A stretch of DNA of 64,000 nucleotides. It comes from Paraphysomonas bandaiensis. Taxonomy: Eukaryota > Protista > Chrysophyceae. Of this stretch, positions 10,555 to 21,475 are shown piece after piece (within the stretch, counting starts at the first letter, position 1; each line of letters begins with the position of its first letter). The notes under the pieces were generated by a model that saw nothing but the letters and a program-made list of their open reading frames with translations, was not told the origin of the DNA and searched no databases. The DNA lies in the NCBI GenBank assembly GCA_965644295.1, contig CBFFRP010000408.1, forward strand, positions 124,001 to 188,000, given 5' to 3'. Made by a program: the position numbers and the translations under genes.

Positions 10555-13500
10555 ATGACGGAACTTGGTGAGCCGCCAACTGACGTATCCAAAAAAACGA
10601 AGCTGCAGACTGCGCTGGAAACGAGGAAGGATCTGGAGCAGCTGTACACAAACATCTACCTGAAAGGTGATATTTCATTTAATGAGATGATCACCATTTG
10701 TAGGCGCTTCGACCAGGCAAAGGGTCTACCACAGGAGTCTTCTGCACCGGAAGTACATTGGAATTCTTCTGATCAAGAGGTAACATGCTCATACTCTAAA
10801 TGTGGAAAACGAGGTCACACGCAGAAGAACTGCTGGATGAAGAAGAAAGATCTGAAGATCTCCCAAATGAAGCGCAATGGTAAAAACAAGCATCGAAGCC
10901 AACAAGCAGAATCCAAAAGAAGTAAGTCAAAGAATGGCGCTGATGATGATGGATGCTTTGTGTGTGGCGTATCTGGACATCGAGCTCATGAATGCAGACA
11001 TCGAGCTCAAGTTCGAAAAACAAGGAAAGCGGAGGATTCTGTTAACAAAAAACGACTTTTTTCCGAAAAAAACGGTACGATGGAAAGGCCCATCAAAAAG
11101 AGCTCGGACTGGAATCGTTATCTTCAAAGAGAGGAGCAAGAGGATGATTCTGTGCACATGTTGTTATATGATGAATCGAGTAACTTAGAAGTGAATGTTG
11201 CAGATGAGGTGCTGCATACTTCTGAAGACATTGTATTTCTAGACAGCTGCGCGTCGAAACAACTCTTCATCATCAAGAACAGTGATATTCTACAGACATT
11301 TGTTGCAGACGAAGGGACCATTCAGACAACCAAAGCGGGATCCAGCTTACGATATACTGGCTCAGGCAACTATGGTGACTGGACAAAATTAAAGGTATGC
11401 CCCGACTCAGTCAAGAATATTTGTTCGGGAGGGATGCTTCGTACGCTTGGATATGGACTTCAGCTGCTAGAGACCCCAAAAATAGTGCGATTGGATAATA
11501 CAGAAGTTATTCTTGAAGCTAGGTATTCAGATAATGGAATGCCCTTCGTTGATCTAAAGGACTTGTTGGAGTTACCTGACTTGACGAGTTTAGCTGCAGA
11601 AGTACATCTATCGGATAAAACAAATGAAGACCCTCTGGAATTGCTTCACAAGCGATGCGGGCATGTCAGCAAGCGCAAGCTTTTAGAAGCTTTCAAACAT
11701 CGGTTGTTCACAGGGAGTGGCCTTAACAGATCCCATCTGAGTAAGAAGAGTCTTCAGAAAACCAAGGGTATCTGCAAAGCCTGTGCAAAGTCGAAGATTA
11801 CCAGAATCTCGTTTCCTGGGAAGAGTGATGAAGAGCTACAGGCGACAAGGTTTCTGGAAAAAGTAACTGTCGATATAGGAGTATATTTCAATTGTCCATC
11901 TCGACAGGGATACCGGTATGTATTAGCGTTGACAGATGTGGCCACCAAGGAATGCTGGGAGTTTCCGTTGAAAACTCGGACCGCAAGTGAGGTGTTGGAG
12001 CACATTAGGAATTGGGTCGAGGTTCTTCTTCCCAAGTATCCAGGAGTTCATCGACTATCTGTGTATCATGCCGACGGGGGAGCCGAACTCATTGATAAGT
12101 CTATTCAGGAGTATCTTCACAGCAAGTTTGGCGCCTCAATTACGTGGAGCTCTACAGACTCACCTGAGATGAATGGCGTGTCTGAGAGACGCTTTCGAAC
12201 CGCGGGAGAGATGACTCTTGCAATGCTGTCAGATGCTGGATTCCCAGTTCCATTCTGGTGGGATGCCTACGTATATGCATCTGAAATTATTCGCATGATG
12301 CCCACTCGGACCTATCGCGGATGGATGTCTCCCATGGAGTGTGTACCTGGGGGTTCTGTTCCAGATTTATCCAGTTTGCGTCGATGGGGGTGTAAAGCTT
12401 ATGTGAAGACTCCCAGGGGTGATCGTCGAAAAAATTGGCAAGGCAAATCGCAGATTGGATATTTTTTAGGTCTCTCCAAAAAGAAGAGGGGATACAGAAT
12501 ATGGCTAGGAGAGTCCGAAGTTGTGTCAATACATGTGTTATTCGACGAAAGCATTCCCCCCAGAGAGAAGGAGTATTTCGAGGAGCTGGAGGCTGCGTTA
12601 GTTAAACATGATCCCCAGGCTCGACAGGTTGAAGAGTTCAACCATTTGATTGGATCTTACCATACCGATGAGGGTTTCCTGTTTAGGACTACGAGAGTCG
12701 TGGTTCGGAAAGGTTTGATCGTGGCTTATAGAGCCTTAGTAACTGCTGGTAGAGAGCAGTTGGAGGAGAAGACTCCGATACATATAGCTGATGTAGTGAA
12801 ACTAACTCAGTCGTATAATTTGCGCAGGTGGCACGAAAATCCTGCGACCCGTGACGATGGGGCAGGTGGTGAGGAGCGATCGATGCCGGCTGGGGGTGGG
12901 ACACCCAAACAGTCTACGGCAGATGACTCATCAGGGAGTGAGCAGACTCCATGTGCCTTACCCGAGAGAAGCGTGAGCACTTCGTCTAGAGAGACAAGTG
13001 TGTGTGTCCCTAGTAGTCAAACTGCTAATCCGCCAGCTGCTATAAGCAAGAGGGTACGAACCCAAAGAGTGATGACCAACGTGTCTACTCTGGGTGAAAT
13101 CAACTTCCTGTGTGGGGAAGATGCCGTTAATATGTGTAAGGCAAGTGATGACTCATTGATTACTGACCCGTCTGATTATAGGGAGCCTGAGTCATACGAA
13201 GAGTCTCTTCAGTGTAGTGATGCAGACAAATGGAAGGAGGCGCGCAGATTAGAACGGAATGCACTTTTTCAGCGTGAAGTGTTTGAAGTAGTAGAAACTC
13301 CGCCTGATGCACGACCTCTTAAATCTCGTTACGTATATAAGCGAAAGTACAATAAGGATGGCTCCATCAAGAAGCATAAAGCACGACTTGTAGCACTTGG
13401 GTACGGTCAACAATCTGGCGTCGATGTGGACAACACATTTGCCCCTGTAGTCAAGAGTATATCTGTTCGGTTGATTCTGGCGTTGGCTCTTGTGTTCAGT

Positions 13501-14805
13501 ATGTTTGTGCATCAACTCGATGTCTCCAGTGCGTTCTGTTATGCCGATATTGAAGGCGACGTTTACATGAATCCTACTCCAGATTTTCAACTTCCACCTG
13601 GACATTGTTTTAAATTGAAGAAATCTCTATATGGACTCCGTAGTTCACCACGATCATGGTGGAAAACCATAAACAAGTTCATCAAATCCTTGGGATTTCG
13701 ACCGTGTGTGTTAGAACCTTGCTTGTATCATGCTGTATATAAAGGTCATAAAGTGTATCTCACCATATATGTGGATGACATCGTCATCGCATGTGCTGAC
13801 CTTAATATTATTACAGAAATAAAAGCTAGATTCTGCGAACGATTCGACATGACGGATATGGGAGCCGTTGAACATTTCCTGAATGTTCGTGTCACGCGAG
13901 GACAGGATTTCATTCAGCTGGATCAGCAGACATATGCGGAGAAAATTCTTCTCAAATTCGCTGATTTCCTCGGTCCCTCATCAAAAATCCGAAAGTCGCC
14001 GCTACCCCTCGATGCAATGGACAGAATTAATCAAGCAGACAGCGATCTCACACCTGAGGAGAAAGAGGGAGTAGATAATTATCCTTATCGCAGCCTACTG
14101 GGTGCCATGTTATATCTATCTATGAATACCCGCCCTGATATTGCATATGCAGTTGGTTTGTTATCTAGATATGCATCTAAGCCTACCCGGGCTACATGTT
14201 ATTTAATGACGTACCTATTGCAGTACGTTAGGGGTACAGTTCGAAAGGGTATTCGGTTCAGTAGTAAGCACTTCGACATGCACATCTTTACTGATGCAGA
14301 CTGGGCTGGCGATGTGGTGTCACGCCGATCTACGACTGGATACATAGTATTTGCCGCCGGTGGACCACTTATCTGGCAGTCCATTTTACAGGCTACCGTT
14401 TCAACGTCATCAATGCAAAGTGAGTATCAGGCTATGTATGCTGGCATGCAAGAACTGGTATGGCTTCGGGGGGTGTTGGACGAATTAGGACTTCGTCTAC
14501 GCGAACCCACACCATTTTTCTTGGATAGCCAGAGTGCTCGTGACTTAGCATTGAATCCGGTGTTCCATAAGCGTTCAAAACACATCGAGATCAAATACCA
14601 TTGGGTTAGGGAACACGTAGATCCAGATGGCCTCTTTAACACTGCCATATTGTACCACGTTGGAACAGATGATCAGACAGCAGACATATTCACGAAATCG
14701 TTGTGTGGTGTAACTTTCGAGAAACACAGGAAGAGATGCCTAGGAGAGGATCGAAAATCATCTGTTGAGGTTATTAGAGAAAAGACGTTCAAACGACGTA
14801 AGTGA
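10555..14805 (+). CDS. pol: Copia Gag C-terminus plus Pol polyprotein (PR, IN, RT, RNase H)
   Basis: Zinc knuckles CSYSKCGKRGHTQKNC and CFVCGVSGHRAHEC; protease FLDSCAS; HKRCGH...CKAC; integrase VDI/ADGGAE/NGVSER; RT KARLVALG, LDVSSAF, YVDD; RNase H TDADWAG, KRSKHIEIKYH. Confidence 0.97.
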   Translation: MTELGEPPTDVSKKTKLQTALETRKDLEQLYTNIYLKGDISFNEMITICRRFDQAKGLPQESSAPEVHWNSSDQEVTCSYSKCGKRGHTQKNCWMKKKDLKISQMKRNGKNKHRSQQAESKRSKSKNGADDDGCFVCGVSGHRAHECRHRAQVRKTRKAEDSVNKKRLFSEKNGTMERPIKKSSDWNRYLQREEQEDDSVHMLLYDESSNLEVNVADEVLHTSEDIVFLDSCASKQLFIIKNSDILQTFVADEGTIQTTKAGSSLRYTGSGNYGDWTKLKVCPDSVKNICSGGMLRTLGYGLQLLETPKIVRLDNTEVILEARYSDNGMPFVDLKDLLELPDLTSLAAEVHLSDKTNEDPLELLHKRCGHVSKRKLLEAFKHRLFTGSGLNRSHLSKKSLQKTKGICKACAKSKITRISFPGKSDEELQATRFLEKVTVDIGVYFNCPSRQGYRYVLALTDVATKECWEFPLKTRTASEVLEHIRNWVEVLLPKYPGVHRLSVYHADGGAELIDKSIQEYLHSKFGASITWSSTDSPEMNGVSERRFRTAGEMTLAMLSDAGFPVPFWWDAYVYASEIIRMMPTRTYRGWMSPMECVPGGSVPDLSSLRRWGCKAYVKTPRGDRRKNWQGKSQIGYFLGLSKKKRGYRIWLGESEVVSIHVLFDESIPPREKEYFEELEAALVKHDPQARQVEEFNHLIGSYHTDEGFLFRTTRVVVRKGLIVAYRALVTAGREQLEEKTPIHIADVVKLTQSYNLRRWHENPATRDDGAGGEERSMPAGGGTPKQSTADDSSGSEQTPCALPERSVSTSSRETSVCVPSSQTANPPAAISKRVRTQRVMTNVSTLGEINFLCGEDAVNMCKASDDSLITDPSDYREPESYEESLQCSDADKWKEARRLERNALFQREVFEVVETPPDARPLKSRYVYKRKYNKDGSIKKHKARLVALGYGQQSGVDVDNTFAPVVKSISVRLILALALVFSMFVHQLDVSSAFCYADIEGDVYMNPTPDFQLPPGHCFKLKKSLYGLRSSPRSWWKTINKFIKSLGFRPCVLEPCLYHAVYKGHKVYLTIYVDDIVIACADLNIITEIKARFCERFDMTDMGAVEHFLNVRVTRGQDFIQLDQQTYAEKILLKFADFLGPSSKIRKSPLPLDAMDRINQADSDLTPEEKEGVDNYPYRSLLGAMLYLSMNTRPDIAYAVGLLSRYASKPTRATCYLMTYLLQYVRGTVRKGIRFSSKHFDMHIFTDADWAGDVVSRRSTTGYIVFAAGGPLIWQSILQATVSTSSMQSEYQAMYAGMQELVWLRGVLDELGLRLREPTPFFLDSQSARDLALNPVFHKRSKHIEIKYHWVREHVDPDGLFNTAILYHVGTDDQTADIFTKSLCGVTFEKHRKRCLGEDRKSSVEVIREKTFKRRK

Positions 14806-14939
14806 TCAGTTGACTGTACTGTGAGACTAGCTGAAATGTCGGAGTCATACGTCCACCTGTTTGTCCTGTTTGGTTTCGGTGGTTGCGTATCCGTCAGTTA
14901 TGTCTTGTGATGTGAAGAGTCTATCTACAGCTTTGAATT

Positions 14940-14948
14940 GAGAGGGAG
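14940..14948 (+). promoter_or_regulatory. Polypurine tract
   Basis: GAGAGGGAG abutting the 3' LTR. Confidence 0.85.
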
Positions 14949-15267
14949 TGTTGAGTTCTGCTATATGAGAGCAATTGAAAGCTGTAGTTATAAGGTATTT
15001 AAATTACTGTATTATACAGTTGTAGTCTTGTTAATCGTATTGTGAGAATGAATGACGATAAGCACATAGCGGTAAAACGGAATATTGTGACGATGCAAGT
15101 TGTAGTGACGATGTAAGATCGTCGTACGAGAAATGAGTGGTAGTGGAGACAACATGATATTGATGAATGATAAGAGACATTGATTATAATTTATAATTCT
15201 CAGCTTTGAGTATAAGTTACCTTCTGTTGTTAAGTTAATACTTCTCATATAATGTCAAACCTTGACA
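14949..15267 (+). repeat. 3' LTR of copia element
   Basis: Matches the 5' LTR at offset 5213; the ORF track gives an identical 78-aa translation in both. Confidence 0.97.
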
Positions 15268-15306
15268 CTATATTCATATTGAGCTTTAAACTACACTGCA
15301 ACTTCT

Positions 15307-15711
15307 TTTTTTTATTGAAAGTCTTATTATTAGCAATAGGCGTTCTTAAAAACCTGCACCAACTTAGTAGCTATATGAATGCTAGACAAACTAGTTAGAC
15401 CTCTACCTGTAACTAATCAGTACGCACTCTTTTATCCTACTATTTAACGCTACGGAAGCTGCTTGTGCGTCGCCGCAAGCACCAAGGTGCGACCACTTCC
15501 GCTCTGAGTTCTTAAGGTGAACATCCCGGATGCTTGACTTCAGCAGGCAGCCCAATACCCCAGTTACCCTTGAGGTGGGCCCTGTCCCGTGGCCCTGTGG
15601 GCCCATTCCCGGATGCCTGTTTATTCGTCAGGGCCCAAAGAAGTGACACTTATTGGTGTCCCTTGTACCACACAAGCATTCGGCTATGAGTGGGCAGAAC
15701 AATATCTGCTG
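15307..15711 (-). mobile_element. 5'-truncated, internally deleted non-LTR retroelement (family S, copy B)
   Basis: 10-bp TSD TGCAACTTCT (15297-15306, 15712-15721). T-run at the left end is an A-tail on the minus strand. 15506-15711 matches 42770-42991. Confidence 0.88.
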
Positions 15712-15999
15712 TGCAACTTCTAATATTTATTGAATGCATACAATAGCTCGCAATAGTTGCCAAGTACAGTAAATTTCAATGCCAATATTCTCGTAGAAGG
15801 AGAACCGCTAATGCTACTGATAATAGGTGAAGTACCAGTCAGGGCTGCGTATCAATTAATTGGCGCAGGTTGTAGTCAATTATAATTGCAATTATTACGT
15901 GCTGTCTCAATTTCAATTATTGAAATTAATCAATTAATTGCTAAGAACTAAACTACATTACCTGCAAATATAGCTACCTCAACTGTCATTTCATTCTAG

Positions 16000-16709
16000 A
16001 GGCGACGGTTTATGCGTAATTCTAAATGCAAATCAGTCACAATAATCATAGGTCTATTGAACAACCTTTCAACCTCATTGGTTGTAATATGCAAGTGCTT
16101 CATGCTGCGGTAACGCGTTTGCTGGTGAAAACGTGCTCGCTTCCGCTGCCTGCTACCATCAATCTAACGTTGCGCTGTGTCGTCATTCTGAACTAGACTC
16201 TCACTGCCATCATCCGTCAACGTTCCTTGCTGCACGCCCATCCATCAACTATCAAACCGAAATGCATTGGAAGCATTTCATTGATCTTGCATTCGACGTC
16301 TATGTCCAAGACTTCCATATATATACCTCATCAATGTTTTACTCAACCTGGTGTTCTGTCGTGTCAATGGTTTTTCCACGAAAGAAAAAAAGGAAGATCC
16401 TCTATTTTTACACATATACTCCAATCAGTGATACGCATTCCACGCTTAAGGTGATACTTTGCCCTCGACATATTTATCCATCACACCACCACCTTGCCGG
16501 GCAGCCAAAACTTTAACTTTCCATCCCTCGTGCTTGAGATCATGATGCGACATGCTGCTCCACCCAAAGCCTTTCTTTCGTTTCAGAACACCTTTTCCTA
16601 CAGGGCACTTCCGGAATTGCCATGTCTCTATTGCAACCTCTCCGTTATTATCACTTATTTTCTCAAACAACACTCGTGCAATGACTTCTGGTGCCAGATT
16701 CTTGCACAT
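16000..16709 (-). pseudogene. Decayed, internally deleted hAT-type transposase
   Basis: BED-like N-terminus (KKGFGWSSMSHH), FSFVEKPLTRQNTRL, LPMHFGLIVDGW and C-terminal HITTNEVERLF. Contains stops and a frameshift. Confidence 0.75.
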
Positions 16710-17340
16710 ATGGTCAATTATTTAAGTGGATTATTATAATAATATATATGTATATTAATATAGTTATTATTGTTAAATTATTGAACTCCATGAATCAGAG
16801 GAATGGAATAAGCAATTGTCGGACTGTTGATACGAGAATCTTGTGTTTGATGTATAAATGATGAATATTCCAAGAAGATGAATATTTTAGCATAATACAG
16901 CATTATATTATTTGCTGTAAAATTAAAAGGGTTTCCGTGATTCCGGCCTATTGCAACATCTAACATTTATTAAATTGTTCTATTGATATATATGCTGTGT
17001 ATGTCAATCCAGGACATATTAATTTCACAATATAAACTTTACTTCTATAATAATTGTAATGAGTTGAGTAAATGTTTAATCAATTATTTTTTAATCCCTA
17101 AGTCTATTAAGACGCAGTCTTGATAGTAGATTTTTAAACGGAAGGTATGCACTTAAGATCATTAAAACATAATTCCCGCGAATAATAAAGAGATTATTAA
17201 TTTATACTTGTAGTAGCAGAGTATTAACGGAATTACGGTAAGAGATATATATAGTGAAATTATGATGTTGTAGCACTGTGATTGAGGAACCACATCAATC
17301 ACCAACGCCAACATTCTGTTCTACAAATCGTATCTTTAAC

Positions 17341-17634
17341 TGTTGGAAATTGCTCGTTTTAAACTAGATCACAGAGAGAATTTGTCGTTAGACTAGATAG
17401 ATTAATTAATATCGTTTACGCGAAGTTGTGATAAACAACACAAACTCATTTTGTTCCACGCATAATCTCCTACATATGTGAACCTCACGTTACTGAACAT
17501 ATCTTGAAAGATCAAACTAATTCAGTTTCTCAATATTACCACTGCATTTGTACATCACTAAATTTCACTGTATTCTCGTACATTGTCTTCAAATGACATA
17601 TTGAATATACTAGAATAAGATCCATATTCTAATA
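17341..17634. mobile_element. Solo LTR, family A, copy 2 (294 bp)
   Basis: TGTTGGAA...TTCTAATA. TSD TTAAC (17336-17340, 17635-17639). Aligns with 156-449. Confidence 0.88.
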
Positions 17635-18060
17635 TTAACAGCTACTATATTTTCTGTGTATACTTTTAATAGCTACTCCTATAGTGTAGTCCTGTATATT
17701 CTGTATTTCATTGCTACATAGAATACAGGATAGCTGGCTTCAACAAACTTCAAGTACGTACGTAGGAGTTGGTTGTAGTTCATAGAGACACCAGGCGTAA
17801 AGGTACATTGAACTTTATTAGTTAGGGTGCTAATACATCAGCGCCCCAGCGCGATAACACATCAATACTCTCTGTATTCAGTAATATTTTTCTCGGGACT
17901 CAGTGAATGGTGAATGGATTCCAAGGTCTCATACATAGTATAATATATTAAACATATTGTTTTCCTTAAAAGATAATATTGGTACAAATACATGGAAGTT
18001 CTCAAATATACATATAAACATAAACCCCACAAAATAATATTACACACGTAAAATATCGAT

Positions 18061-20783
18061 TTAATCTGTTGTATTGAGACTCTTGGTTGCCACAGTAACA
18101 CCTTTATACACTGTAAATTCTTTATGGTATTTTAGCCTTGACGCTTTCCACTCATCAGGGAAAAACTCTTTCGTAATACCTTTCAGTTGCTTCACATGCT
18201 TAGGTGGCTGCATTCTACTGACTCCCACAAGGCTTCCTATCTTTCCTTTGCACTCATTACCAGTTGCTACTTGCCACATTAGTGTTTTAGGAGACTTGGC
18301 TCGCTCACTGAGCACCCGCGGTGTGTAGGTAGGAGATCGCGGGCCACGACTAGATGAGATAACCCTATCACATTGTTCTGTCTGGGCTTCATCTTCACAA
18401 ACATCGTTTTCAAGATTACTAGCAGCTTCGACATCTTCATCATTGATTGGTGGAGGAGAACCTATATTATTTTCATAATTATTGGCTGTCTGCGAGCCAA
18501 CCTTAGAACTTTCGTCTGAATGTACACTTGATTCGTCATGTAATTCTGCCCAGTGCTCAGCGTGGTTAAATCCATTCTCCATCAAGGTATCTGTTGACGG
18601 GAACTGAAACAATGGTTTCGGTTTTGTGCGAGTCCTCCTAGCATTCAAGCCTTTTCTATTTCGGACAGGAAGTCCTTGAGAGACACTTCCCCTAGAGTTG
18701 ATATGTACATGCATACCCGCCACAGAATGATGAATAGTGTCGATGGCATGCTTTGGACATCGATTCTGCCACACATCATGCGGACTAACATACTCATGGT
18801 GGGGCACAGAATTCCAACATTGGTCACAATAGGATCTCTCGCACTCATCACACCACATTGAAGCGAAGGAAGTGCACTGTGCGCAGGGTACACGACTTTT
18901 GATCTCGAATTCTTTGTCTTGCTTTCGCCTGCAATGCATAACAATGAATCCCGAGTCATAGCTTTTGTAGTAAACATAGAGTATAATAAACTATTGGAGT
19001 CAAATAGCAGCAACAGTGCTAAAGCTTACCTCACATGGCCCGGTACCTCATACTTTGCCCCAGTGGATGGACGTTCAGATAAGCAGTTGGCACCACCTAA
19101 ATACCTGCAAAAACTATGAGTAATCTCTGCGCTAAATTAATAGTGGTAGTGGTATGTCATTCCGTACTACACAATATAAAGTATCGTATTTTGCAGTAAA
19201 TGGTAAAGTACATGAGATATGACTTATAGGAGGTAATTATACCGAGGACAACTTGCTAACCTGCTGGGCATATCAGGACTGGTCACGTCCCGAGAGGATT
19301 CTCTCGACTGCGTTCGTGAAACTACAATTATATCTTTTGCATCATCACCTGTAGATTCCACTGTACCTATCCGCTCGGCACCCTGAACAGATGAATGGAA
19401 TTTCGAACCGCAGTCGTAGATTTTATCTTTTCGTGACATAAGCTTTTCCCTAGTGTGACTGAAAGATGTCGCCGACTCAGCATCCACTATTTGGTGATCT
19501 AATCGATACAGATCACTCTCTACACCTCCTGTTGTGTGCAATCGCGTTTGATTGTAAAACTTGGCCTTTAAGGAGGCGGGGCTCTCAGCAGAGTGAGCAT
19601 TTCTTTTTGGTATTTTCGCGAGTTCGAATGCCGACGGACTCACAGGCGAATCTGTAATATCCGGACCTGACACTTTGAGATCCGTGCGCACCGACAAGCC
19701 ACTCATTATACCAGATTCATTAGACTCTCCGTCAGCGGAATTAGATGTCTTCTTATGAGGAGACATATCCGGGGTTGCATCGCAATATGTGTCAGAACTG
19801 CTCGTGTTTCCACTACGATGGTTAGGAGAATGGGATCTATGGCTTGATGGCATATCAACTCTTATTACAGTAGAGTTCGACGGTGATGTGGCAACATAGG
19901 CAGACCTAGAAGAATTCTCTACCTTTGACGACGAGGTAGAAACTTTTAGCTGGTTCTGTAACACGTAAGAAGGAATAGGGGAATTCGACTCATGTTTTTG
20001 CCTCTTCACAACGATATCTTCTAAATCCGTTTGAAGCTGATTTAAGCGTTGTAAAGGTGAAATTCCGTGTCCATATCGGCGCATCCTTAGTTGCTCCCGA
20101 ATTTTGGCGTTGCGTATGCGACTGGCATGTCCTTGAGGCATCGTGTGACCCAGAGCTGGACCAATCACCATATGAAGTCTATCGTTCACATTTCGCAGTG
20201 TTTCATCAAATCTAACCTACAGATAATCATATCACCCATCAATATATAGATATTATAATAGAACCTGTGAGATTATTGCAGGTGTGGTTGGCGCAGCAGT
20301 TCGTGCCCTGGAATTCGCCTGGCTGATATCAAACTTGGAGACATTCATGAGTGCACTGTCTGCCACATCATGATTGGCGCGCCCCTTAACACGAATTGTA
20401 TCTGGGAGTGAAGTGAGAGTATTTGATAAGGGCGGTTTGCTTTTACGGTTTGGAAAAGGACTCGGAAAATCAGAATGTTGGTAACTGACAGACGGCTGAA
20501 CACCGAATATATTTGCTGACGTCTGTCGGGTGTTATTCTCAGGAGAGGAAGGTTTGTCTATTGATACATCCGGACCTGGCCAAGACTTATCCACACCTCT
20601 AGAAGTAAGGTCCCTTGATGTCGCGGTGACAACCATGTGCATCGGGCTAAGAGGTCTGGATACATTGTGTATAACTGCATATTCCGATTCACGAGGTCGA
20701 TAGCCCTCAAAAGATGAACGAGATGTGTTCGATTTCATCGAACCAGAATTCATGTCCTCGTCGGTGGCTCGGTTACTCGTCAT
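18061..20783 (-). CDS. Large Ser-rich, mostly disordered protein with one B-box-like zinc finger, ~4 exons
   Basis: Long same-strand ORFs (20253-20828, 19224-20189, 18061-18939) separated by short introns. CAQCTSFASMWCDECERSYCDQCWNSVPHH. Start position uncertain. Confidence 0.7.
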
Positions 20784-21475
20784 AATTTCACTCACTATAC
20801 GGTTACTATGAACTTCGACTATCGACAACTGTTACTAATGTAGTCTGAGTAGAAACTAATAAGCAATAACACACATCGTGCAAGAAGTAACACTGCAACA
20901 GCAGTTTAAGGGACATATATACTGCAATAGATGCACTCTAACGGCATATAAACTCACTGTGCAGTTCATGCATTAACGTTTCCATACATAACACACACCT
21001 TCAAACCCACACACACCTCCGCCTCAACTCTGCAGCCCACAGCAGTTACAGTGACAACAGGCATATATGGATATACACACAAATACAGAGCGTATTCCAC
21101 AGAGTACATATATCGCCAACTGCTGATGATATTTTGTTGTATCCTTCAAAAATAAATAAAAATTACCGATATTAGTGAATACTTCCTATAAATACCCGTT
21201 TTCTCATATATATCTACAATAAAATACTGACTTTCTATGGCGACATGTGAGTGTCAGTGTATTTCAGTATTCAGAGTAGCTGATAATTCCTCTCAAAATT
21301 TAAGGCAGACTAGAGCTCATTAGCTCACAACTCTCCCTCACCTGAGCGATATACAGGAGCACCAAGGTATAAATGTCACGCTATACAAACCAGTGTTTGA
21401 ATTGAACTGAACCTCTCCTGAGCTGCTGTGTTGTCTGGTCATATTAATTAAGCTACAGACTCTATATAGGAGGAC

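Larger units (their letters stand above)
9736..15267 (+). mobile_element. Full-length Ty1/copia LTR retrotransposon (5532 bp)
   Basis: Two 319-bp TG...CA LTRs, TSD CTATA (9731-9735, 15268-15272), PBS, PPT, domain order gag-PR-IN-RT-RNaseH. Confidence 0.98.
9541..15788. repeat. Family B repeat, copy 2, split by two nested insertions
   Basis: Segments 9541-9735, 15268-15306 and 15712-15788 reassemble into a copy of 6950-7236. Confidence 0.85.
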
